From Patescibacteria group bacterium (GTDB lineage: Bacteria > Patescibacteriota > WWE3 > UBA101185 > 2-01-FULL-41-18): a DNA stretch of 64,000 bases. The notes under the pieces were generated by a model. It worked only from the letters and a program-made list of their open reading frames with translations. It ran no database searches and was not told the DNA's origin. Made by a program: the position numbers and the translations under genes. This document shows positions 27,565-35,917 of this stretch, one piece after another (position 1 is the stretch's first letter; each line of letters starts with the position of its first letter). The stretch lies in assembly GCA_038064575.1 (NCBI GenBank), contig JBBTST010000001.1, positions 35,650 through 99,649 on the forward strand, given 5' to 3'.

Positions 27565-29334
27565 TTATCTTGTACCCCTTTGATAGACCGCTTTCCAAGG
27601 CTGATACCTGCTCACAAATGTGTCACTAGATAAAACTTCATTGTTCCTTTTGACAGTTCTTTTAACGGTAACTGTTGCACCCCAAGCTGCATGATCAATC
27701 TGTATCAGGCTTCCTTTATTATATCTGTCTGTATCTTCATATAAAGGCTCAGGAGGGGGTGAAACATTTGTCACAACAGGCTTTGAAATTTCTATTGTTC
27801 TTCCATCCGGAGTTCCGTAAATCCTTACTTTTAACATGTGTTTTAAAAGATCATTCTCCGACTGAAGCAAGATATATCCCGGAGTATCATTTTTAAACTG
27901 CAAGTCAACTGAAGGGCTAAAAACCGTGGCATCAAGTCCCGGTTCTGAATTTTCTTCATAATAATAGACCCTATAGGCATGAGCCGTCCTTTTAACAATA
28001 GGCAGACCTGCATTAAGCGCTGCCCTAAAAACAGTTGTTGAAGACTGACACACTCCACCACCCTCCCCTAAAACAGTTCTCCCGTTTTGGATTATATAAG
28101 CAGCATCATAACCTGTTCTGAAACTTATTTCCCCAACTGTTTTGTTAAAAGAATAGGTATCTCCGGGAGCCACCAACACACCCGTTGCCCGCTCTACTGA
28201 AAGACCTAAGTTTTTTATTCTTCCCGGAATTGACCCCGAATAATAAGAAACACCCTCACCTAAAAGAGCGTATATACCATATTTTTTATCCCCCTCAGGA
28301 GCTTCAATTTTTGTCACATCTAGTTTAACCTCACTCCCTTCCTTTTCAGAAAGAAGCGCCTGTGAAAGGTCTTCCTTAAACCTCTCTTTCTCTAATTTCT
28401 CCCCATCAGATTGCGGCCTAAACTCAATTACTCTCTCCCCGTTAACCTCTAAAACTTCCCCCGTAGGATTATTGTCCACCTGCAAAGCAATAGAGTCCGT
28501 ATATCTATCAAGTGCGTCTTTATCTAACATAAGCTGATTTTTTCCATTATTATTTTCCACGGATAAAAGCGAGAGGGCATCCTCTTTAGTTACTAGCCAT
28601 TCTCTCTTATCATAAGTAATTTTTGGGAGATTTTCTAAAATAGTTTTTACCTCACCTATTTTTTCTTCATAAGCTGTTTGAGTACTCAAGGGGTTGATTT
28701 CTTTTACTGGCAGCTTAATGGTATTAAAATTAACTTTATTTAACGCCTCTTTTATTAAAAGCCTTAACTCTGACATTTTAACTTCTCTACCCTTAGCTTC
28801 TTTTGTTACTACAAGAGTACCGTCCTCCAAAAAAGAGAATTTTGGATTTATCACCTCTATATCAACCGAACTTTTAATGCCTGACAGCCTCTCTTCCAAA
28901 ATTTCATTTTCATAATCATAATCAAAAGGCACATTAAGTCCCTTTACAAGTCCGGCAATCTTATCTTTTGTGTCTACCAAAATATTCTGAGTTCTTCCAA
29001 GTTTAAATACTTTTGAAACGCTGTCTTCTACATCATACAAAAGGCCAACTTCTAAAGGGTTAATATGATAAATTTTATCTTCAAAAGAAAACTCAAGTAC
29101 ATTGTTACTGCCAGTTAATTTAGCCTTTATTAAAGTCCTCACATCCCCAACCTTTAGACCTCCAACCTTTTCACTACCCAGCATTACCCCAGGAATAACT
29201 CTTTGCGCAAAAACCAGATGAAACAAAATAAAAAAAGCAAATGAAACTAAAATCAGAGTAAAAAGACCTTTTTTGATGATTCTCTGAAGATCCAAAGACT
29301 TAGAAAGTGAGGCAAGCGAAGAAATCTGCTTCAT
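27565..29334 (-). CDS. VanW-family protein with putative peptidoglycan-binding domains
   Basis: FSFN-like YSFN, GGGVCQSSTT, GLDATVF, DLQFKNDT. Confidence 0.9.
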   Translation of the reverse strand: MKQISSLASLSKSLDLQRIIKKGLFTLILVSFAFFILFHLVFAQRVIPGVMLGSEKVGGLKVGDVRTLIKAKLTGSNNVLEFSFEDKIYHINPLEVGLLYDVEDSVSKVFKLGRTQNILVDTKDKIAGLVKGLNVPFDYDYENEILEERLSGIKSSVDIEVINPKFSFLEDGTLVVTKEAKGREVKMSELRLLIKEALNKVNFNTIKLPVKEINPLSTQTAYEEKIGEVKTILENLPKITYDKREWLVTKEDALSLLSVENNNGKNQLMLDKDALDRYTDSIALQVDNNPTGEVLEVNGERVIEFRPQSDGEKLEKERFKEDLSQALLSEKEGSEVKLDVTKIEAPEGDKKYGIYALLGEGVSYYSGSIPGRIKNLGLSVERATGVLVAPGDTYSFNKTVGEISFRTGYDAAYIIQNGRTVLGEGGGVCQSSTTVFRAALNAGLPIVKRTAHAYRVYYYEENSEPGLDATVFSPSVDLQFKNDTPGYILLQSENDLLKHMLKVRIYGTPDGRTIEISKPVVTNVSPPPEPLYEDTDRYNKGSLIQIDHAAWGATVTVKRTVKRNNEVLSSDTFVSRYQPWKAVYQRGTR

Positions 29335-29347
29335 AGTGTTTTTCTAT

Positions 29348-29851
29348 TTACCGAATCAAAAAAACCGATGGAACCTTGTCCATATCAGTAAAATCATCAG
29401 CCGTTTCTATAAGTTTTCCAGAAGTATTTCTACCAAAACCTATTACTTCAGCTCTCACACCTCTGCTTATTGCATAATCTAAAAGATCAACATAATCCCC
29501 ATCACCCGAAACCAGAACCATCACGTCTATCTTATCAATAAGTCTTATAACATCCATACAAAGACCAACATCCCAATCGCCTTTTTTTGCCCCCCCATAA
29601 AAAGTTTGTAACTCTTTGGTCCTAACCTCAAACCCCTGCTTTGATAGTGCTTCAAAAAAATCTTTTTCAGAGCCTACGTCAGCTTTTATGACATAGGCAA
29701 AAGCCCTAACAAGTTTTCTTGCGGAAACTCCTTCTCTTAATACTTTGCTAAAATCAACCTTTGCGCTAAATAAATTCTTGGCGCTATAGTACATGTTTGA
29801 AACATCAACAAAAACACCAACTCTCTGCTCTTTATGATTGTGTGACTTCAT
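29348..29851 (-). CDS. NYN-domain (LabA/DUF88) PIN-like protein
   Basis: VFVDVSN, KGDWDV, VSGDGDY. Confidence 0.92.
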   Translation of the reverse strand: MKSHNHKEQRVGVFVDVSNMYYSAKNLFSAKVDFSKVLREGVSARKLVRAFAYVIKADVGSEKDFFEALSKQGFEVRTKELQTFYGGAKKGDWDVGLCMDVIRLIDKIDVMVLVSGDGDYVDLLDYAISRGVRAEVIGFGRNTSGKLIETADDFTDMDKVPSVFLIR

Positions 29852-29896
29852 GGAGTTATATTATCAGCTAAAAGAGGTTTTTGACAATCAAACCAC

Positions 29897-30826
29897 CTAC
29901 TTTATACCCTCCACGTGAGTTATATTGGCATTGACTTGCGCTGAAGGGACAGTTGTTACCGGAGTCAGTGGTTTTGGGATAAGCTTTTTGGGCTTTGGGT
30001 AAAAAAGATCTTTTCTAAAAATCCTTAGGGAAACCCATACCACCACCCAACAGGCAGAGGCTGTATAAATAAGCCTCATCCACAGCTCGTCGCTGTCTGT
30101 TCCTGCTAAAAAACCATGTACCAAAAACAAAACATAGGTCAAAAAGCTCAAATAATGAATGCTTCTCCAAAACTTGATATTTATAATTTTGTTTCTCAAT
30201 TCAGATGTCACTATCAAACAAATAATCAAATAAAAGGCAGAAATGCCAAGTCCTACCGGAACAGATATATTTACTCCAAGACCCGAATAAAGACTTCTTT
30301 GAAATTTCCCCGGAAGAATAAGCTCAGGAAGAGTTAATTTTACATAATCATCCAGGAATAAAGACCCAATGTGTAGAAAAAGCATCAAAAAAGCTGCCCA
30401 TGCCAGCGTTCTATGTATTTCAACGGTATTGAGCTTTGCCACTTTAACAAATTTAAGAACAATTTTAGAAGTCATCACAAGTCCAAAAGTGACTACAAAA
30501 GTGAACAAAATAAAAGAAACTATTCCTGCAATTCTTGAAATGTACCAGTAAATTGGGGGGTTATCAGGTAGAATTTTGCGCCCCTCTTTTTTAGCTTCTT
30601 CACTGGGTGAGCTTATTTTGTTTAGGGGATCAGTTCCATTGAGGGCTTCAACCCCATCTGAAAAGCTATCTTGATCTGTATCAAATTTTAGTGGGTCTGT
30701 TCTATATAATCCCGTTTCTGACTCATCAGACAACCCATCAGAATCGCTATCTTTAATTTCTGCATGAGCAAAGCCTGCAAAAAACAGAAACAATAAACCT
30801 AAGGCAAGAGTAACTTTAACTTTCAT
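29897..30826 (-). CDS. ferric-reductase/MsrQ-like di-heme membrane protein with N-terminal Ca-binding (TSP3-like) repeats
   Basis: signal peptide, DSDSDGLSD and DTDQDSFSDG; two TM His pairs (IHRTL...LHI, IHYL...VHG). Confidence 0.82.
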   Translation of the reverse strand: MKVKVTLALGLLFLFFAGFAHAEIKDSDSDGLSDESETGLYRTDPLKFDTDQDSFSDGVEALNGTDPLNKISSPSEEAKKEGRKILPDNPPIYWYISRIAGIVSFILFTFVVTFGLVMTSKIVLKFVKVAKLNTVEIHRTLAWAAFLMLFLHIGSLFLDDYVKLTLPELILPGKFQRSLYSGLGVNISVPVGLGISAFYLIICLIVTSELRNKIINIKFWRSIHYLSFLTYVLFLVHGFLAGTDSDELWMRLIYTASACWVVVWVSLRIFRKDLFYPKPKKLIPKPLTPVTTVPSAQVNANITHVEGIK

Positions 30827-31784
30827 TGAAAACATATTTTTCCATTTGTGCCGTATTATAAACTTTCAGGGCTTTATCCACAAACAACGCTGCTATGTTA
30901 TTCATTCTACTAAAGTTAGCCGCTATATCTAAGCCCATGATTAATAACGCTTTAGCGTAAATATCAGCCTCAACAGCAGAATTTGCTACAACAGTTACAG
31001 AAATAAGGCTATTTTCAACACTTTTGTTAACTTTAGGGTCAATAAGATGGTTTTTAAGCTCTCCTTTATACTGCCAAAATCTCTTATTTACTCCTGATGT
31101 GGCAATCCCTTTATCACTAACTGTTAAAATTTCAAGGTTTTCTTCAGCTTTTTTGGGATGTTCAACACCGATTGCCCAGAACTCATACTTCTCCTCAATA
31201 TTTGTTCCTGAAACAAACATATCACCACCCGCATCAACCACAAAATTTGCATATTTTTGCTTTAAGTTATCTGAAACTTTCTGGACAATAAAACCTTTCC
31301 CTATTCCTCCAAGATCAATCTGCAAGTCTTTTGGCTTATAAACTACTTTTTGTGAAGAGTCCAGAATTTTTAAATCTTCAAGGTTTGAAAGGTATTTATT
31401 CTTAACTTTATCACTATTAAAGTTTGGGTCTACAAATCCTTGATTTTTACTTACCTGGTAACCTTCATCTTTAAGTGTGTTCAAAAGACTGATATTAAAA
31501 ATGCCATTTGTTTTTTTGTAGTATGCTAAAGCCAGAAAAAGCACATCAAAAAGTTCGTTTGAAAGTGTAAGATCCCCTGAAGAATTATTAAAACTTTCAA
31601 GTTCGTTATGTTCAATAAACCTACTAAACCTTTTCTCAAAAGAGCGCATTTCATCAAATGCTTCTTCTATGTCTTTTGTAATTTCTTCTTTTGAAAAATG
31701 CCAGTCTGCAATTTTAATAAACACATCTGTAGCCATTATTTGGTTTAGTAGTTCCTTCTCAACAACAACTAGGTTTTGTGTCAT
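30816..31784 (-). CDS. apbE: FAD:protein FMN transferase
   Basis: MAT, FSRF, IDLGGIGKG, DAGGD, IATSG, HLIDP, AD.YAK. Confidence 0.92.
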   Translation of the reverse strand: MTQNLVVVEKELLNQIMATDVFIKIADWHFSKEEITKDIEEAFDEMRSFEKRFSRFIEHNELESFNNSSGDLTLSNELFDVLFLALAYYKKTNGIFNISLLNTLKDEGYQVSKNQGFVDPNFNSDKVKNKYLSNLEDLKILDSSQKVVYKPKDLQIDLGGIGKGFIVQKVSDNLKQKYANFVVDAGGDMFVSGTNIEEKYEFWAIGVEHPKKAEENLEILTVSDKGIATSGVNKRFWQYKGELKNHLIDPKVNKSVENSLISVTVVANSAVEADIYAKALLIMGLDIAANFSRMNNIAALFVDKALKVYNTAQMEKYVFNES

Positions 31785-31787
31785 AGA

Positions 31788-32444
31788 TTATTCGTAGCTA
31801 TCAAGAATGCCATTGTAGTTTGAATCCGAATCCTCCAAAAAATAGAAGTCATCATCCCCTGGGTGTTTATCAAAAGCATCAGCCATACTGTCATTGTCAG
31901 AATCAGTAAAAAAATGCTTCTCATGAACTGAAGGGTTTGGGTCAATGGCATCAACAAGCCCATCACCATCAGTATCAACATCAAAACCCAAATCAATCAC
32001 CGTTTTGTAAACCACTCTTTTTTCTGGGTCTAACAGCTCCTCAACCTGAGAGCTTTCAATAGGAACATACACTGTTTCAGTAACAGTAATTACCTTTTCT
32101 TCATACTGAGCCGGGTCTTCTTGTACAATCTCCTCATACTGCTCTTCATCTTTTCTATCTTCCTTCTCGTGCTCTCTTTCTTCCTTTTCTTCTTCACGCT
32201 TTTGCTCATCTTCTTTCTTTTGTGCTTCTCTTTCACGCTCTGCTTGTTTTTTAGCATCCTCTCTTTGTTTTTCCTCAAGCTTTTTTTGCTCCTCTTCTTC
32301 TTTCTCTTGCTCTTCATCCTCTTCTGCGTATGCAACAAGGGGTTTTAGCGCAAAGCTATTATAGTTGGCATCCAAAACCAGTGACTTTGACAAGCCATAA
32401 AAAGCAAGAGTTAAAATAAATATTAAGTTAATATATTTCTTCAT
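31788..32444 (-). CDS. exported Glu-rich coiled-coil protein with C-terminal DxDxDG repeats
   Basis: signal peptide; E/K/Q/R-rich helix; DTDGDGLVD, DSDNDSMAD, DSDSNYNGILD. Confidence 0.75.
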   Translation of the reverse strand: MKKYINLIFILTLAFYGLSKSLVLDANYNSFALKPLVAYAEEDEEQEKEEEEQKKLEEKQREDAKKQAEREREAQKKEDEQKREEEKEEREHEKEDRKDEEQYEEIVQEDPAQYEEKVITVTETVYVPIESSQVEELLDPEKRVVYKTVIDLGFDVDTDGDGLVDAIDPNPSVHEKHFFTDSDNDSMADAFDKHPGDDDFYFLEDSDSNYNGILDSYE

Positions 32445-32458
32445 AACATTTTCACGCC

Positions 32459-32953
32459 TTAAGAAGCCTTAGTCTGTTTGGTAACTTTAGGTTTGGCTGC
32501 AACTTTTACTACCGTTGAGCCTGAGCTTGGCTTTGAAACTGTGCTTGTAGAACTGGATCTGCTGGTTGAACTAGCAGTTTTTGACCCTGAAGAAGAGGCG
32601 GAAGATTTTGATGAAGATTTATTTGACCCAGAAGCATCAACATAAATAATCTCTTCAATTTTCTTGGTGTGGTTTGCAATCAGCGTTTTTTGAGAGGCAA
32701 GTAATTTATTATATTCAGATTTGGACGCTTCCATTTGTTTAACACTTTTCTTTTTTGCATCTTTAATATACTTTTCACGCTCGATTCTATACCGCTCATA
32801 TGTAGCAGCAATTGATTTATAATAGGAAGAATTTGCTTCTGCTTTGACTTCTCTTTTAGTTTTTTCATTTAATAAAACAGCATAAGAGGAAGGCACAGTT
32901 ATACCCCCAATTATAAGCAGTGACACCAGTCTTATTTTAGCTCTAGATAACAT
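32459..32953 (-). CDS. membrane-anchored Lys-rich coiled coil with Ser/Thr tether ending TKQTKAS
   Basis: N-terminal hydrophobic segment, basic helix, low-complexity S/T tail; TGtTATAAT 7 nt before ATG at 32953. Confidence 0.75.
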   Translation of the reverse strand: MLSRAKIRLVSLLIIGGITVPSSYAVLLNEKTKREVKAEANSSYYKSIAATYERYRIEREKYIKDAKKKSVKQMEASKSEYNKLLASQKTLIANHTKKIEEIIYVDASGSNKSSSKSSASSSGSKTASSTSRSSSTSTVSKPSSGSTVVKVAAKPKVTKQTKAS

Positions 32954-33140
32954 GGCAGACATTATAACATAATTACCTAAATTTCTAAACTATAGGTCAA
33001 TAAACTGGCTGCTTGGCAAAGACACTATATAGAAGGATTTATACCTGTTTAAAACAGTTAAAATTCGTCAATTTACAATTGAAGAGCTAAAAATGATAAA
33101 ATCCCAATGTTTAGTTGTAGACTTTGATTATTGGTGTTAT

Positions 33141-33214
33141 TGGGGGATCGTATAACGGTAGTACAACGCCCTCTGGAGGCGTTTATCTTGGTTCGAATCC
33201 AAGTCCCCCAGCCA
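33141..33214 (+). tRNA. tRNA-Gln (CTG)
   Basis: acceptor stem tggggga/tccccca; anticodon arm acgcc-ctCTGga-ggcgt; encoded CCA. Confidence 0.95.
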
Positions 33215-33219
33215 GAGGT

Positions 33220-33657
33220 ATGCAATGTAATCATACACATATTGATAAGGTAATACTTTATAAAGAAATACTTTCTAATTTTTTGATGACTGGGAAAAAC
33301 TTATTCCCATCATCTTCGTTACCTGATACTAAAGATAATCTAAAAATATCTATTAAACTTTTGTTAACGGAGGAATTAAAAAAGGCAGAAAAAGATGTAG
33401 AGTGGAAAATTATAGATATGTACCAAACCATGTATATCAATATTCCAAGTTTCATTCCAGATATAGAGCTTGTTAAAGTGGATAGAACGGATTGTGAGAA
33501 CCTTACACCAGAAAACTACGATCAGTTTAAAAGTTACTTAACAAAGTTTAATGTAGTAAACAAACAGATACTAGAACTAACCAAGGAACTTTGGAAATTC
33601 ATGGAAACATTTGAGAATGGTAGAGAATTCGTACAGGACATTAGAAGAAGGCTTTAG
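33220..33657 (+). CDS. hypothetical protein in tRNA-Gln islet
   Basis: 145-codon ORF between the tRNA and a degenerate copy of its 3' end. Confidence 0.55.
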   Translation: MQCNHTHIDKVILYKEILSNFLMTGKNLFPSSSLPDTKDNLKISIKLLLTEELKKAEKDVEWKIIDMYQTMYINIPSFIPDIELVKVDRTDCENLTPENYDQFKSYLTKFNVVNKQILELTKELWKFMETFENGREFVQDIRRRL

Positions 33658-33683
33658 GTTCTAGATCCTAGTGCTCAGCCAGA
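33655..33683 (+). repeat. degenerate direct repeat of the tRNA-Gln 3' end (att-like)
   Basis: taggttctagatcctagtgctcagccaga versus ttggttcgaatccaagtcccccagccaga. Confidence 0.6.
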
Positions 33684-33848
33684 ATGTATGAGATCCGAAC
33701 TTTTTACCAAACGAATCCCAACGATTGAAGCCGCCCCGCCGCCTGCCTCTGAAACCTCAGGCATCTTTTCATGGTTTGTAAGTATCCCTTTAAAAATCTT
33801 AGACTCTAATCTTGTTCCATGAAGATAGTTCCTGTACAACTAATTAGT

Positions 33849-34214
33849 ATGAAGAAAAACTCGAGATTCGCAGTTACTTATTTAATAGTCACTCTTTTAC
33901 TTCTAATTTCAGCTTTATTATTCTTCATATACCAGTCCCAAAGAAATAAAGGAAATCTTTTATCTCCCACAAATAGTGTTACTAGTAACTGGTATGAAAC
34001 TGATGTACAACCTACTATTAAGGAGACTACCGAATCGTTAAATACATACAATAGTGAAGCTTACAGTCTTATATCAATGTATTTGGATCAATATGTTTAC
34101 CCAAAATCAAAAGATGGGAAAAGCATTTACGAATACAGAATAAATAAAATCAGTAATGTAAATAAATCCGAAGAACAGCTGACATTTAGTTTAGTTTTCT
34201 CAAAGGGGACATAA
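33849..34214 (+). CDS. membrane-anchored hypothetical protein, possibly truncated
   Basis: MKK followed by a TM helix; ORF ends abruptly. Confidence 0.6.
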   Translation: MKKNSRFAVTYLIVTLLLLISALLFFIYQSQRNKGNLLSPTNSVTSNWYETDVQPTIKETTESLNTYNSEAYSLISMYLDQYVYPKSKDGKSIYEYRINKISNVNKSEEQLTFSLVFSKGT

Positions 34215-34241
34215 GCTACGTTCTATTCTTCCATAAGCCCT

Positions 34242-34274
34242 AAACATCCCAGAAAAAAACTGGGATGTTTTTTT
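34242..34274 (+). terminator. intrinsic terminator
   Basis: perfect 11-bp stem aaacatcccag/ctgggatgttt plus T tract. Confidence 0.85.
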
Positions 34275-34290
34275 ACATGACACTAACTGA

Positions 34291-34589
34291 TTTACACATT
34301 TTCGACCCCATGGTATGCTATAAGTCATGAATCAGTCAAAATACTTAGTTCATTTGAAAATTGTCCAGGCTAACACCTGTAAATCAGGTGAGGTCTTCAT
34401 ACCTCAATTAACACCATTTGAGGCAAGGTAGCGATTAAGTTTTGCTAAGCTTTAAGGCCTCTAAACGAGGTCTTTTTTATACCCCAATATTAATCACCAA
34501 CTTTAGAGTCTTTCATAGCTTCACAAACTGAGGCTAAATTGAGGTTCTGCTAGAACTTTGACAACGAAAAATCTAAAAGGAGAAATAAA
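34291..34589 (+). promoter_or_regulatory. promoter and structured leader (putative attenuator) of the MFS gene
   Basis: TTTACA-17-TATGCT; uORF 34327-34431; terminator 34454-34478; SD AAAGGAG. Confidence 0.6.
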
Positions 34590-35756
34590 ATGAATGCAAA
34601 ATTTGTTTTCTACGTAATACAGTTGCTTGAGGGGTTTGGAATGGGATCGTTTTTTCCGATATATACTCCATGGTTGGAATTGCACGGATTAAACTTTCTC
34701 AAAATGGGTTCTGTAAATTTCTTTTACCACATATCCTCCACCATCTTAGATCCTTTTACAGGATTTATTGCGGACAAGTTTGGTAAAAGAAAAACTTTTG
34801 TTATTGGTCAGATTATGTGGACAGCTACACAGTATATCTACGGCGCGAGTACGCAAGTCTTTGGATTTCTTTTAGCTGAAGGCGTAGCAGCTGTTGGGAA
34901 TTCTCTTAAAAGTGATGCACTTGAAAGCTGGCTGCAAAACAGGTTAGGAGAAAGAGAATCAAGTCAGGTAATGGGAAGATCAAAAATATTGTTCACCATA
35001 GGTCAGGTTTTCTCGTCAATCCTTGCAGGGTACATTTCTGTAACTTATAGCATGCAAAGCGCTTGGTTTGTTTCTGGCACATTCTTCCTGATAGCCACTA
35101 TTTTAGGAAGTATAGCTTTGTTTAGGACCGGTGATGATGTACAGGAGCATGCAGACTCGGCAGATGTAAATTTGAAACAAATAGTTTCACTTACATTTGC
35201 AAATAAAAAGATTACGTCAGCTATGCTGTTGCTTTTTGTTTACAGTTTTGCAAGTAAGCCTGTGTTTATGTTTTGGCCACAAATTGTTGCTAGCTTAAAT
35301 ATGCCTGAAATATTACGGGGATTGTCCGTAATGGCAATGTCTATTCCAGCGTTAGTAGGAAGTTTGCTCGCGGGACACAGTATTGTTTTTACACCAAACA
35401 AAGACGGGCTCTACAAAGTTCTGATTGTACTTTGTATTGGCTTAACTATTGCAGGTTTTGCCAAAACTTTGGGCATGTTTTTTGTTGGACTGACAATACT
35501 AGAAGTAGCTTACGGTGCTGTGAGAATTGTTATGTATGGACATGTGTATAACGAAGTTCAGCAAGCACATAGATCTACCGTAAACTCATTGATTAGCGCG
35601 GTTCACACTCTGGGCGGTGCGGTCTCGTTGTTGATAATGGGAGAACTTGCAGATGTGTTTGCACCACAGGTCTCGTTGGCTATTGGAGGCATGCTTGTAT
35701 TAGTTTCTCTGGCAGTTGTGCATCTGATCAAAAAAAACAGCTCTCGCAGCGAGTAA
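34590..35756 (+). CDS. MFS transporter
   Basis: ~12 TMs, motif A GFIADKFGKRK. Confidence 0.92.
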   Translation: MNAKFVFYVIQLLEGFGMGSFFPIYTPWLELHGLNFLKMGSVNFFYHISSTILDPFTGFIADKFGKRKTFVIGQIMWTATQYIYGASTQVFGFLLAEGVAAVGNSLKSDALESWLQNRLGERESSQVMGRSKILFTIGQVFSSILAGYISVTYSMQSAWFVSGTFFLIATILGSIALFRTGDDVQEHADSADVNLKQIVSLTFANKKITSAMLLLFVYSFASKPVFMFWPQIVASLNMPEILRGLSVMAMSIPALVGSLLAGHSIVFTPNKDGLYKVLIVLCIGLTIAGFAKTLGMFFVGLTILEVAYGAVRIVMYGHVYNEVQQAHRSTVNSLISAVHTLGGAVSLLIMGELADVFAPQVSLAIGGMLVLVSLAVVHLIKKNSSRSE

Positions 35757-35777
35757 TAGTACAGTTGGGAGCCGACT

Positions 35778-35815
35778 AAAAACCCCTCGCCACTTAGGTG
35801 GTTTGGGGTTTTTTT
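35778..35815 (+). terminator. intrinsic terminator
   Basis: aaaaacccc..ccac-tta-ggtgg..ggggttttttt. Confidence 0.8.
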
Positions 35816-35917
35816 ATCTGAGAAAGATCACTATGCCCAACCAAGAAAGACGTGCACTCGTGTTATCATTAGGTAAACAAGTTAACTTTATGATTACACT
35901 TGAAAGTAAACAACCAT

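Noticed and set aside
32090-32348. Lys-rich and Phe/Leu-rich ORFs
   Set aside because: Alternate-frame and antisense shadows of the Glu-rich coiled-coil gene.
33124-33219. N-terminal extension of the 177-aa ORF
   Set aside because: It is a translation of tRNA-Gln; the plausible start is ATG at 33220.
34330-34480. Known riboswitch or T-box in the MFS leader
   Set aside because: No TPP, FMN, SAM, glycine, purine, ykkC or T-box consensus recognised; kept only as a putative attenuator.
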